Shown here: in pieces, positions 20,843-34,600 of the stretch
Position numbering within the stretch: position 1 is the first letter of the stretch
Layout of the letters: each line of letters starts with the position of its first letter
NCBI RefSeq assembly: GCF_022045235.1
Contig: NW_027266264.1
Coordinates: 39,990,001-40,054,000 of the forward strand
DNA: 64,000 nucleotides
Source of the DNA: Haliotis cracherodii
Taxonomy: Eukaryota
Direction: 5' to 3'
Position numbers and translations under genes: made by a program
The notes under the pieces: generated by a model
Told to the model about the DNA's origin: nothing
The model's database searches: none
The model's input: the letters and a program-made list of their open reading frames with translations, nothing else

Positions 20843-21563
20843 TCACCATGAAGACGATGGAATGTTTGGATCTCGAGTTTCCAGGATTACCTCTGTACCG
20901 ACGATTCGCACCCTTGTCCATAATTTCTCCTGCTCACGGATAGTCGCAGCTTGGCGTCCGAGAATTGCCCTTCTTTTTTTCATGAGAGCAGGTAGGTCAG
21001 TTTGTATACTGCCCGTTTTACCTTTCAGGAGTTTACGTGCTCCATAAACTGCGTCTCGGTCTAAGGATAAATGTGGCAATTATTGACGGTGGCGCGGCAG
21101 GTTTGTTCTTCCTTTGGTATTCAGACTTAGGAAGCCTGTGTACAGTTTTAAAATACATATTGTCCACATGGTCCTCGCTAAACTGGAGGGTTTCGACAAA
21201 GTAGTTCCTAAGAACTCGTTCTGTATTTTCTTGGGGCTTTTCTGGAATACCATAGAACAGTAAATTAGTTTTGCGGTCATGAATATCCTTCAATATTACC
21301 TGCTTTTCCAATTCGGCTTTTGACTTTTTCACTTCTGCCAGTTCCTTACGTAGCGAGATTAATTCCTCGTCGTGCTTTGACACCACGTGGTCGACGACCT
21401 TGACGTTTTTCCTTAATTCACATAACTCAGTTTTGAATGAGTCAATTGACGTTTGAAGCTCTGTCTGACAGTTTTTGATTAACACTGCTAATCTTTTCTC
21501 TGCGTTCTGGATAAATTCTTCCGTACTTGCCGAAGCACCTGTAGATCTGGTTGATTCGGACAT
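20843..21563 (-). pseudogene. Tx1/L1-type LINE ORF1 (coiled coil + RRM + CTD), frameshifted near 21060
   Basis: Coiled coil, then RKTNLLFYGIPE...VHRL...PPSIIATF, then IQTDLPALMKKRRAIL. It is upstream of and co-oriented with ORF2. Confidence 0.8.
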
Positions 21564-21779
21564 TCAAAATAGTCAAAATAAATGCAGCAGAAACAGCAAA
21601 ATGTTATAGATAAGTGCAGCTTACGTTGTTTAGCGTCGCTGTGTATAATTATAGTCTTTGTAGACGTGTTTCAACAGTTAGGCAACAAAATCATCCTGGA
21701 AGTGGAGAGCGCCTCAACCACGCGTCCGACCCGAACAAAACTGTCGTTTTGGTGTTAAGTTACATCCGGAATTTATTTA

Positions 21780-22800
21780 TATTTTTCTACTTCTATTAGC
21801 GGAAGACCTTACTGTGTACAAATGAAGTTGAATATCTTTCAGGATGACTGTTGTAAATGGGAAATGCCAGTCAATCTATCGAAAACAAAAATAGAGTTTT
21901 TTCTAAAATAGGGGAGGTTTAACACGTTATGAAAAAAATGTATTATGATGGAAAGGCGTATGAAGTAGTTACTGGATACAGTTATCTTGGCTTGTATTTT
22001 AGCAATAGATTACTGAGATTGATTGCTTAGATAATATTCCAATTGAGGCAAGAAAGGTGTTCATGGTCCTGTTAATTAGTATACTTTCCTTGAAACCATA
22101 CTCGCCTCACTTTAACTTAAAATGTTTTGATACAAAGATAACACCAATACTTTTATACGGGGCTGGAATTTGGGGGTTCAGTGACATAGAACCGAGTCTG
22201 GCAGATGTTCTATTCAGTCGCTCGCTGTTTTGAAATGTGTCAAATATTGGCTGTCTCTTTATAATATGCAGGAATCTCGTATACCCCAAACATGTTACAA
22301 TATGCTGCAGTTTTACGATGAACAAGGCCACGTAAATTGGGTAACGAATCTTAAATCTGTTACTTTCAGATTAGGATTTGATGATGTCTGGTACTTTCAA
22401 ACATATGGTAATTAAACCGCGTTTTTAAATATGTTACGTCAGCGGTTAAAAGATTTTTCAGGTTTGGCATGGTAAGTAAACCCCAATTGGCTTATTATGC
22501 ACAGTTTAAAACATCCATTTCATGTGAGAACTATTTGAGTTGTATAACTGTAAATAAATCAGGACTCGTTTTGGGCTCAGTTCAATATTCGTGGTGAATT
22601 TAGAAAATTTTGTAACCTAAACCATATCGAAAATGAATATTACTTTTTGTTAATTTTTCTATGTTATAGCCATCTGAGGCAAAGTTTTTACATCTTTCCA
22701 AATATTCTGAAGTTTAATACACTACTGTCATCGCAAGACTATCAATATGAATACAGAAAAGTACTTGTTTTAACGCCCAATGCTGTAAGAACACAAATAC
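21780..22800 (+). mobile_element. Highly degenerate LINE RT 3' fragment
   Basis: Remnants such as NLSKTKI, YSYLGLYFS, FDTKITPILLYGAGIWG and KCVKYWL...WVTNLKSV...LGF. Confidence 0.7.
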
Positions 22801-24293
22801 TCCAACTTTGATTATATGCAATTATGTTAAAACTGCTTTTTCAAAAATAAGATGCAAAGGAATGTGTTGTATTTTATACTGTTTGCACCTAAATTGTATT
22901 TCGTTTGTACATAAAGTCCCGTGAGTAGGAGTAAATTAATACCTCCAGCGCCTTCCGTTGAAGGTGCCCTATGAATATTCATATAACAGTCCTCGATCGC
23001 TTGATATAGCTACTCAATGAAAAGGTAGAATGTCGTCATCGAGACGAAGAGGAGAATGTACGAGTTCATTCAACATTTGTTCATCACAGTCGACTGCGAG
23101 GAAATATATATATATATATTTTGTCTTAAAAAATACAGACGTACCTTTCATTTTTGAATGGAAAAAAGCTAATTCAACCAATACCATCAATCATTTTCAT
23201 TAGAATTAATGAATAAAAAAGTATAGTTTTACAAAACATTTCTCAACTGTATTCACGCCGTGATATATTTCGTTGTAAAAAGTCAGTCTTATTCTTATTT
23301 TCAATCTTAATTTCCAACTCTGAAAGATTTCCTTCGCTCACATCGTGCCCTAAGTTTCCCATCTAAACCCTAAATCCGACCATACACGTTCCTCTTAAAT
23401 AACATCTGGTTCACATCACATATCATTCAACGAACATATGATAAATGAATGTAAGTATGTTGTAAAAGCAAGTTTGAAATTAAACATCCCAAGTTAATTA
23501 AGGATACATGAACAGTTTCAGAATATTGTTATCTCACCGATAGGGTTTTCCAAATCCTGTTGAAATTCACGAAACACATATCTTCCGTGTAGAATGTATC
23601 CCTTATTCCACACGGCTTTTAAAACGTTTACCCACCTCAACCCTATACTGTGATATACCACCGTAAATGGTCTTATAGAAATAACCGTCCCCCCCTTAAA
23701 CCCATGTTTAAGTTACAGTACCCTAGTTAAACCGTGTGTGAATTTAGGCTGCCGCTTTGGGAGACGATGTGGGTCACAACTGTCGAGCAAATGTTTTATC
23801 ATTTTGAAAATGGTATTCATTGAATGAATTGAAATATCGCTCTGAATAGTTTATCCAAAATACCAACTTTCTCTTCATGTTGAGTGGCTGAGCGAAGTGG
23901 AATGTCACTTTGAATAGTTTATCAGGAATTCTAAAGTTCTCTCTAGACTGAAGTGTTGACCAGTCGACCACGCAGACTTGTCTCGTTGGTAGCAAATGAT
24001 CGTGAAGTTAACCCTTTTTATCCAACGATATTATAATGCATTTAAATGACACGCATCAAACCTTTCAAGGGTTAAAAGAGCGCGCGAACCCATAGTATTT
24101 CACAAGAAGTTCAGCTTTAAGCGAAATGATCTCGGCTCGTGACACTTGCGCATGTGGGCACTGCTACTGACTGTTCACGACGTTTTGTAACATACCTGCT
24201 CACTCGTTTTCTTGTCCTTGATATTTACGTTTGTCTGTTTCAGCAACTAGACATTTTTGTAGGTTTCTTATGTTGTTGTTATTGCACTTCATC

Positions 24294-25365
24294 ATGTCGT
24301 CCCCTTTTACCACCCCTGTTTATACCAGTGTGTTTTGTCAAAAGGTATACAGCTCCAAACGAGCTTTAGTTAGGCATCAGTGAAATTGCGGGGCTTCGTC
24401 TCAAGCAGTTACATGTAACACCTGTTCCAAAAGTTTCAATCGTGAAGACAATTTAGATTCGCATACGAAAACGTACCATTTACATGACAGAGATAATTTG
24501 ACGTGTCAATTTTGTCATACCTTTCTTCCGAACTATCCCACCTATAGAAGTCATGTTTCTCACAATCATCATGCTTCAAACAGTACTCAATCTGTGAGTA
24601 CTAGTTCTGCTTCTACCAATTAAACGTTTAATTGTAGAACGTGTTCCAAATCTTTTCCTTCCACGAAAGCTTTCACGTCACAACCATCTGTCTTCTCAAA
24701 CTGGTCGTGGGGCAGACTCGGCAGCCAAACGCCGGAGACCCAACGAGGCTTTGCAAGGGTGCTATTCTCGACAAGCATTAGGAGGCCGGGCTAGGGAATA
24801 TGATTTCATTCCTCATGGTAGAGAAGGCCACGATCCATATTTCTATTTATTGAAAATTCAACCCATTGTTATTCAACATTTAGAATCTGAATTGGCGCAA
24901 AAACGTGCCATCAAATGGGGCTTATGCGTCAATTTTAAACTGAGTAGGACTGGACCAACAGGCGAGAAAACTTATATCATGCCTTATTTCAGAACTAGAA
25001 TGGAACCACCTACTGTAGCCGACGATTTAGACACGCAATTCTTATCATACATGAATAAAATCATGAGAGATATAGACAATTTTGAAGCAGATAGTTCCAA
25101 TTTTTAACTTTCATCAGTGTGGAATTATCCGTTGTGAAATTTCAACCTTTTCGCGGCTCTTCCAACATTCCCCTTCCCAGTCAGCTGCAATTGAAACGTT
25201 CTCTGTTGAATATTAAAAACACAGAGGACGAGAAATGTTTTCTGCATTGTCAGAGCATGTGCGAGAACAAGTGCATTGTTTCACGGCACATGCATCTTAA
25301 CTTCACGTCAAGGGCTTTAACTTTCCTATGTCGTTGAAAGATATCGGTCGTTTTGATCAAACATT
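24294..25365 (+). pseudogene. Second Polinton relic: tandem zinc fingers fused to the N-terminus of protein-primed family B DNA polymerase
   Basis: From ATG 24294: FCQKVYSSKRALVRHQ, CNTCSKSFNREDNLDSHTKTYH, CQFCHTFLPNYPTYRSHVSHNH, CRTCSKSF. Then AIKWGLCVNFKL...PYFRT, KFQPFRGSSNIPLPSQLQLKRSLLNIKNTEDEKCF and FNFPMSLKDIGRFD, which are Polinton pPolB motifs (GSSYIPLP..IINIKN.D.KCF). Stops and frameshifts are present. Confidence 0.82.
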
Positions 25366-26558
25366 TAATAAGAGCAAAATCATCTGCACTTCTTGTGTTT
25401 TTTAATTTTTACTCCGTTCTGCAAAGTGCGCCAATGGCAGTGCTACTGACTCGATATCCGTCATTTTTTAGCTAAATATAGCATCGCATAAAAGTGGTAA
25501 TGCGGAACTAAAGCGGAATACAATTTCTTCTTTTTATACAGATGGCTAATGAAACAATGCAATTCCTATAAAAATGGTCGTGTTGCTTATTACATGTATT
25601 TACTACCCATTGTCATGTTTAATTTCTAACCATGATATCACTCCCAAATGTATTATTTGATTGTCTATCATATCATAACCTTCGTGAGGTGGTGACATGT
25701 TTAATGATAGAGTAAAGTTTCTGTTAAATAGCTATCTTGGCCACTTCTGAACAGAGCGTTTTCCTATGAAATAGCAAAAGCCAAATGAAAATAGAATTAT
25801 TCTCTAATTTATATATTTTAAAGATGTTATGCCACTCATTGGTGGGGATATAAGTGTAATAATACAAGTTTCTAGGATGTTTGTGTTATGCTATTTTTCA
25901 AGATTATTTTAATTATTCTTCTCAAACACAGAAACACAGGAGGAAAATATCCAGGAGTATACACACATGACATTGTACAATAGGCGATGATGTTCACACT
26001 ATATATGCAGGAGGGTATGTACAGTAATATATTTATACTATTTTTTTGAATATTACTGAGTGTGTCATTAAACATCGAACAGAGAATATGATACACAACA
26101 GAGTTAAAAGGGGTACAATTACATTTGTACGATTCAAGGGATTTCTAAGCCCCAATACCCCACAGCCCTCTGGCAACTGATGCGTGTATTTTTGTTTGTA
26201 TTCTCAAGTTCCAAAGTCATTTTTTTTTGTAAATATCACTATAATGCAAGAATTGTTTGGTAACAATTATTCAAAATCACTCCATTTGATTATTGTGTAC
26301 ATGATGATAAAAGCAACTATTTTTTTATTAGCAGATGCGGAATGTGAGAGAGTTAACGGTGAAACTCATTGAACCATTCCCTGTAGCTTATTGACATATA
26401 TACATTGCAGCTTTCATAACCATTTTGCCAGCAAAATGTCCTCATATAAATGGAGAGACCATTAATTTTTTTATGGTCTCTGATACATATGGAATTTAAA
26501 TAATATCATTTAATATGATTGAAATAATTAGAACCAAGTTTTCATAGGAAAACACTGT

Positions 26559-27460
26559 GTTCTGTAATTACATGGTCACAAGCCGTGGACATACAGAAGG
26601 CGGTCAGGACGTTCTGTAATAACTTGGTCACAAGCCGTGCACATACAGAAGACGGTCAGGACGTTCTGTAATTACATGGTCACAAGCCGTGGACAAACAG
26701 AAGACGGTCAGGACGTTCTGTAATTACATGGTCACAAGCCGTGGACATACAGAAGACGGTCAGGACGTTCTGTAATTACACGGTCACAAGCCGTGGACAT
26801 ACAGAAGGCGGTCAGGACGTTCTGTAATAACATGGTCACAAGCCGTGGACGTATAGAAGGCGGTCAGGACGTTCTGTAATTACATGGTCACAAGCCGTGG
26901 ACAAACAGAAGACGGTCAGGACGATCTGTAATTACATGGTCACAAGCCGTGGACAAACAGAAGACGGTCAGGACGATCTGTAATTACATGGTCACACCCG
27001 TGGACATACAGAAGATGGTCAGGACGTTCTGTAATTACATAGTCACAAGCCGTGGACATACAGCAGGCGGTCAGGACTTTCTGTAAATACATGGTCACAA
27101 GCCGTGGACATACAGAAGACGGTCAGGACGATCTGTAATTACATGGTCACAAGCCGTGGACATACAGAAGACGGTCAGGACGTTCTGTAATTACATGGTC
27201 ACAAGCCGTGGACATACAGAAGACGGTCAGGACGTTCTGTAAGTACATGGTCACAAGCCGTGGACATACAGAAGGCGGTCAGGACGTTCTGTAATCACAT
27301 GGTCACAAGCCGTCGACACACAGAAGGCGGTCAGGACGTTCTGTAATTACATGGTCACAAGCCGTGGACATACAGAAGACGGTCAGGACGATCTGTAATT
27401 ACATGGTCACAAGCCGTGGACATACAGAAGGCGGTCAGGACGTTCTGTAAGTATATGGTC
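26559..27460. repeat. Minisatellite, 52-bp unit, about 17 copies
   Basis: Unit GTTCTGTAATTACATGGTCACAAGCCGTGGACATACAGAAGACGGTCAGGAC, head-to-tail with no spacers. Confidence 0.97.
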
Positions 27461-28652
27461 TGCACACATAATAATAAATGTTTGTGGGCGACTTACCCTG
27501 TTACATATTTACAATGGGAAAAGTTACATATTTACACGCACACGTTCTGATTACGTGCAACTATAATTATAGCCAATGTACAATGTAAGGTGGAAATTAA
27601 CATTTGGGATTAGCATTTTTCAAATAATGGCAGTTTAGTGAATCTGGACATATACACGACATGGCTGCATGGTAATTAGCCTTTTGGCTCAAATGTTCAT
27701 TCAGGTGAGAACAGGTCGTTATTACGCATAGAAAAAAAGACAAGCTATGAATTAGGTTTATTAAGTCATTTCTTCAAGCCTGATCATTCATTGGTATATT
27801 CATATGCCCCACTAACAAGTAACACGTGTCATTTTCATCCAACGTGGTTAGCTGGCTAGTATTGACGAAACCGTTTTAGTACAAACCAACTAACAGATAA
27901 AGAAAACCTGACAACTCGGGTGTTTCATTGCAGGACGCAAGTCCAGTCCCATGTGGTGAGGATCTGATGCAGGACGTACACTGCACATAACCAAACTATG
28001 CACCAGTATAACCACGAAAGGGGTAGTACTGATGTAGTTATGACGTAACCGTTATTTTCTTGATCAATCACAATCTGTGTAAATCTCTACGAGAAAGCTA
28101 TGAGCAAAGTTTAAAATGAGTCTGACCTATTCAGGTTTACCACTGTTTATCATTTCAAGTCTTTAAAACATGGGTGGTCTTGACCTACTCCGTTAACCAA
28201 TGCCCAACCCTCAGTTAATCTAGTTTGTAGACTGGCGGGGACCCGTCTCAGCTGATGGTGGCTGACGTGCAGGTTTGTACATGTCAAGGCGTGGGTGCAC
28301 TGGGAACGTCCAGCTGCATACTTGAAACATGTTGTTGGAGTAGTCTGTTCTTTTTTCTTCCAGGTAAGACCTTTGTACAGTCCACTCAACTAAAGTCCGG
28401 ATCAGGTGAGGTCCTTGTGTTACCACAATACACCAGAGGACCAATGGCTTATTTTGCTATGAGTTCTGCATATCTTTACTGTTGCCATTACCCCCGCCAT
28501 TACCCCCTAACGCGAAAGGGCAATGGCAAATATTAAAACATATGTTTCTTTAAGTAATTATGACGGAAATGAAATGAAGTATAATACCGTGGTGGTTTCG
28601 AATGCAACATCTATCATCTCTTGTTTAAACCAGACTCTTACACATCAGCACA

Positions 28653-31600
28653 ATGCACGTGCGTTTGGTGGGAATGGTTGCCCTAGTGAACGTGGCCTAT
28701 GGTGTGGTGGTACTGAAAGAGGCATCCTATCTGAGACTCCCCAACCGTAACGGCCAGTACGTCGTCAACAGCAGAACAGCCAGGGAGAGCGCCTATGATG
28801 ATGCTAGGAGTTACCTCTACGTTGTTGGTGAGTCCAGCATTTTGTATACCTTGCTGTTCTACTGATGCAGTTTTGGATACATTATTAAAGAATACGAGCG
28901 ACAGATGCCCCTTTTTTACATGTCAGTTTTGTTTTGTCAGGTCGTGACACGGCTATGTTGCACATCATCTCCCTCGCTGACCCCGCCAACCCGCAGGAAG
29001 TCTACACTTACAATTTCAACGTCGCCGCCGACGGCCGTCCTCTGGATGTGGAGCTGTGTCGGGCGGCAGGGGTTACACCCACACTGGCCGTCACCTTTGA
29101 CGGCCAAGATTCTGTGGCTTTTGAGGGACATCTGGTTCTTTATAATCTGTTTGAGAGCAGCTCAGATACACTTACTCCCCTCAACCCAACAGATCCCAGG
29201 ATTACCGGTCAGTTGAATATCTTGGTAACTTAATGTAGAAAGTCCCATCACCATTTTCAGAATACTATGCAGATTTACCTACGATCGTAACATATGTTTC
29301 TAGGTCCGTCAGCACCATACCCGTCCTCGTGGCTTTTAATACAAGTGGTTATCGTCTGAGACCTGCATCACTTCGGGCTTCATCCGCACATTAAGCTGAC
29401 ACACCGTGATATAATTGGAATACAATTCAAAGCGGCGTTAAACCCAACTCACTGACACCTTGGTAATCAGGTCTTCAGGTCCACAATGATAAGCTACAAT
29501 AATCATATGGGTCTCCCTCTTGTCCGAAATGCTTTTCTTCATAATAAATCAGCAGTCAATATAATAACTTTGAAGAGCTTGATATGAAAGAATATAATCC
29601 TATCGATATAGTTGTGACCTGTAATATGATCTGTTCCCGTCCAGTGGGAGCCCATCCTGACAACATGAAGTTCACTAGCGACTGCCGTCGTCTGGTCGTA
29701 TCTAACGAGGGGGAGCCCCGGGTCGTCGATGGCACCTTCTATGACCCCGAGGGGACAGTTTCTGTGGTTACATTCTCCACAACGCCTGGCTCTATACCAA
29801 CAGTCACAACCATCGACTTCAGAAAATTTGACGAACAGAGTGAACTTGTGTAATTTCAAACTGCAAAAGACATTCTACTTATATACTGTTTAAAAAAGTA
29901 GGGGAGCGTGAACTATGAATGCAAATACCAAGTGTTAGAACAGACGGTTTCGTCTGTGCAACTAAACACCAAAACACATCCTACAGTTTGCACGCACTGC
30001 ACGCAGTAGCACCACACACGTGCTTAATGTGTCATTTCTGATTTTGACAGAAAGCCAAATAATCTCTGTGGACCATTGTTTCTGTCAATTTTACTGATTC
30101 TGCTTATCATTCAGTTGTTATTTACTTGATTTCATTCATTGTTTTGTGTATGAACAAGCGAAGTTGCGTTTGCAAAGCGCGGAGCATCTTTAGGCTGCTG
30201 ACATGAACGAAACTGGCAGAAGTCAGCGTGCAATGCCCAATGCGTTCAATGTTTCATAGCCTATGATTAGCAGACTATGGAACAGGTACCAAAAAAAACA
30301 AATAGTTGGCGATCGACCCCGTTCAGGGCGTCTCAATTAAATGACAAGAGTGAAACATCGATTGATCGGAAACCAAGCTGAGCTCAAAGGGCGAATCCAA
30401 TTGCTGCAAACTTAAACTGGAATATGAGATACTGACGATTAGAAATCATCAACATGCACATTATCTCCCTGCTCGACGGCCACGTATTGTGGCATCCCTT
30501 ACAAATCGTAATTTCGCAAACAGATGTCAATGGTGAATACAACCTCGAAACTGGGGTAATCATCCCTGGTCACGTGTCATGTTTTTCACTCTACGCTTCT
30601 TTGCGTGGTAGTATCTGGGCGTCGAAATGAGCGTAAATCCAATGTCCACCTGAGAACCCACGACAGATTTGGCATTGGGCCAGTTTTGGTGTGGGGTTGC
30701 ATCACTATGACTAAACGAACCCCACTCAATATTGTGCAAGGAAACGTCACTGGACAGTGTTATCGGGACACCCTTTGTTGTCCCGTTTGCAAGCTGTGTG
30801 GGTCGACGTTTTGTCTTCCAGGGCAACTCCCATGCTCACCATGCTCGAATCATCAATGCTCACCCTCAGCAGCACAACACCCATAGAATGCCATGGCCAG
30901 CAATGAGCCAAAACCTTTTTCTCAAATCGCTTTTGGGAGACTTATATGCAGTATGCCTCGTGGAGTGAATGAATGTTTGACAAATCATTGTGGTATTACG
31001 CACTACTGAACCGAAAATGTCAACTTTGAAATTTCCCATCTAACCCCGATCATCATTCAAGATTGTTGGTGGTCATGACCTCTACTGTCATACTACATAC
31101 ACTACTGGTTGTAGTGTGTTCCAAATTCATTCATTCATACAACTCTTACTAGAAGCTAATATATCTTACAATTTGGGACATTTTAAGTTATTTCCGGGTA
31201 TCCCCTACTTTTAGAATAGTATATTAGTATGTTCTAGCCTTTCTTAGTGAATTTAACATACACTTGTATATGGTGCATTTTGAGGATTACCTCTCACTAA
31301 ATTTAAGATAACTTCTTTCAGCCCGATACTTGATAAGGGCGTCCGCTACTGGCTTCGCCGTGACCCTAATGACCCTAGCAACATCATCCAGTTCTCCCAG
31401 AACGTGGAGCCGGAATATGTGGCCATCTCACCCAGCAATGGGTTCGCTTACATTACCCTCCAGGTAAGTCAACATGTAACAACCCCATTAATCTATATAT
31501 CTGTGTCTAAACAAGTACATTTGTTTAAGTGACTGAGAGAACTTTGAAGGTGGTGGTATCATGATTGTATAATAATGGCCATATGGAAGAAACGTATTTC

Positions 31601-34600
31601 TAACATTTCAGCGTCTGCACGTTGTTTTTTTTATGCGCCCGTCACATCACATGTAGAGAATGACATCATGCCTTTGGGAGAATGCTTGTTCTAACAGACG
31701 TATCATAAAATTGCCATGTAATATTATGTTACATAGATAAGATATTATGGGAACATGAAATGATACGCAAGAAGATCATTCTAGGAAAATAATGCTATCG
31801 CGAGGATCGACCTGGAGAACTCGGTGATCACCAGCCTTTACGCAATGGGTAACAAGTCCTGGGAATTCCTCACCTTGGACGCAAGCGACAGAGACAACGG
31901 TGAGCACAATGACGTAGACTCAAATTGTGTTGGATTTCGTTTGGCTTACTCACACCAGTTCTGCTTTACGTGAAACTAAGTATACCAGAACTGTTTAACA
32001 CAAGACTACATGTAAACTTGTTTTTATTAAGTTTATTCGTCTGCTATTAGCGGAGAGATTGACAATATGGGCTGTAGTCAGGATACACATACATCCCTTG
32101 TTCCTCAACTGATTGGCTGATTCCCAACTTCCAAGAGGTGTATTTGTATCCTGACTACAACCCATATCGTCAATCTCTCTAATATACACGGGTTGGGAAT
32201 CACCCAAAGGATCTGACAGTTTATGAAATAAACGATTTACAGTCGAGAAATGTCGTAGATCGATTATCGCATACACCACCTCGGTGACTTTAATACAACA
32301 TTGGTGACACAAACTTGTCTGTTGTTGGAGTCAGTATACATACACTGATCTTGTACATGTTTGTATATGACAGTCACTCAAGGAGCAAGATTTCTGGATA
32401 TTGTACTTATAGCACGGGGATTGCAGGTATCGCGATGGCATCGAGGAAAATCCGCAGCTTGTACCAGCCCGACAAAGTCGCCTTCTTCACATGGGGGGCT
32501 GATATACCTTACCTGGTGACAACTGACGAGGGGAGACCAACCAACATCCCCGGGGTCACCTTCCAAGACTACGCTAGAGCGGCATCACTGAGTATGTACA
32601 GTCGACTTCAATAACAATATTTCCGTTGATACTCGTCAACGTAACATAAAAAAAAACATGCACCAGTATCTTATTTTAAAGACTTGTCCACAAGGTGTCT
32701 ATCTACCTCGAATATAGGTGATACTGACTGATCACCATATGCACTCACTGTCCACAAGGTGTCTATCTACTTCGAATATAGGTGATACTGACTGATCACC
32801 ATATGCGCTCACTGCCCACAAGGTGTTTATCTACCTCGAATATAGGTGATACTGACTGATCACCATATGCGCTCACTGTCCACAAGGTGTCTATCTACCT
32901 ATAATATAGGTAATACTGACTGATCACCATATGCGCTCACTGTCCACAAGGTGTCTATCTACTTCGAATATAGGTGATACTGACTGATCACCATATGCGC
33001 TCACTGTCCACAAGGTGTCTATCTTCCACGAATATAGGTGATACTGACTGATCACCATATGCGCTCACTGTCCACAAGGTGTCTATCTACTTCGAATATA
33101 GGTGATACTGACTGATCACCATATGCGCTCACTGTCCACAAGGTGTTTATCTACCTCGAATATAGGTGATACTGACTGATCACCATATGCGCTCACTGTC
33201 CACAAGGTGTCTATCTACCTATAATATAGGTGATACTGACTGATCACCATATGCGCTCACTGTCCACAAGGTGTCTATCTACCTATAATATAGGTAATAC
33301 TGACTGATCACCATATGCGCTCACTGCCCACAAGGTGTCTATCTACTTCGAATATAGGTGATACTGACTGATCACCATATGCGCTCACTGTCCACAAGGT
33401 GTCTATCTACCTATAATATAGGTAATACTGACTGATCACCATATGCGCTCACTGTCCAAAAGGTGTCTATCTACCTCGAATATAGGTGATACTGACTGAT
33501 CACCATATGCGCTCACTGTCCACAAGGTGTCTATCTTCCACGAATATAGGTGATACTGACTGATCACCATATGCGCTCACTGTCCACAAGGTGTCTATCT
33601 ACTTCGAATATAGGTGATACTGACTGATCACCATATGCGCTCACTGTCCACAAGGTGTTTATCTACCTCGAATATAGGTGATACTGACTGATCACCATAT
33701 GCGCTCACTGTCCACAAGGTGTCTATCTACCTATAATATAGGTGATACTGACTGATCACCATATGCGCTCACTGTCCACAAGGTGTCTATCTACCTATAA
33801 TATAGGTAATACTGACTGATCACCATATGCGCTCACTGCCCACAAGGTGTCTATCTACTTCGAATATAGGTGATACTGACTGATCACCATATGCGCTCAC
33901 TGTCCACAAGGTGTCTATCTACCTATAATATAGGTAATACTGACTGATCACCATATGCGCTCACTGCCCACAAGGTGTCTATCTACTTCGAATATAGGTG
34001 ATACTGACTGATCACCATATGCGCTCACTGTCCACAAGGTGTCTATCTACCTATAATATAGGTAATACTGACTGATCACCATATGCGCTCACTGCCCACA
34101 AGGTGTCTATCTACTTCGAATATAGGTGATACTGACTGATCACCATATGCGCTCACTGTCCACAAGGTGTCAATCTACCTATAATATAGGTGATACTGAC
34201 TGATCACCATATGCGCTCACTGTCCAAAAGGTGTCTATCTACCTCGAATATAGGTGATACTGACTGATCGCCATATGCGCTCACTGTCCACAAGGTGTCT
34301 ATCTACCTCGAATATAGGTGATACTGACTGATCACATATGCGCTCACTGTCCACAAGGTGTCTATCTACTTCGAATATAGGTGATACTGACTGATCACCA
34401 AATGCGCTCACTGTCCACAAGGTGTCTATCTACCTATAATATAGGTAATACTGACTGATCGCCATATGCGCTCACTGTCCACAAGGTGTCTATCTACCTC
34501 GAATATAGGTGATACTGACTGATCACCATATGCGCTCACTGTCCACAAGGTGTCTATCTTCCTCGAATATAGGTGATACTGACTGATCACATATGCGCTC

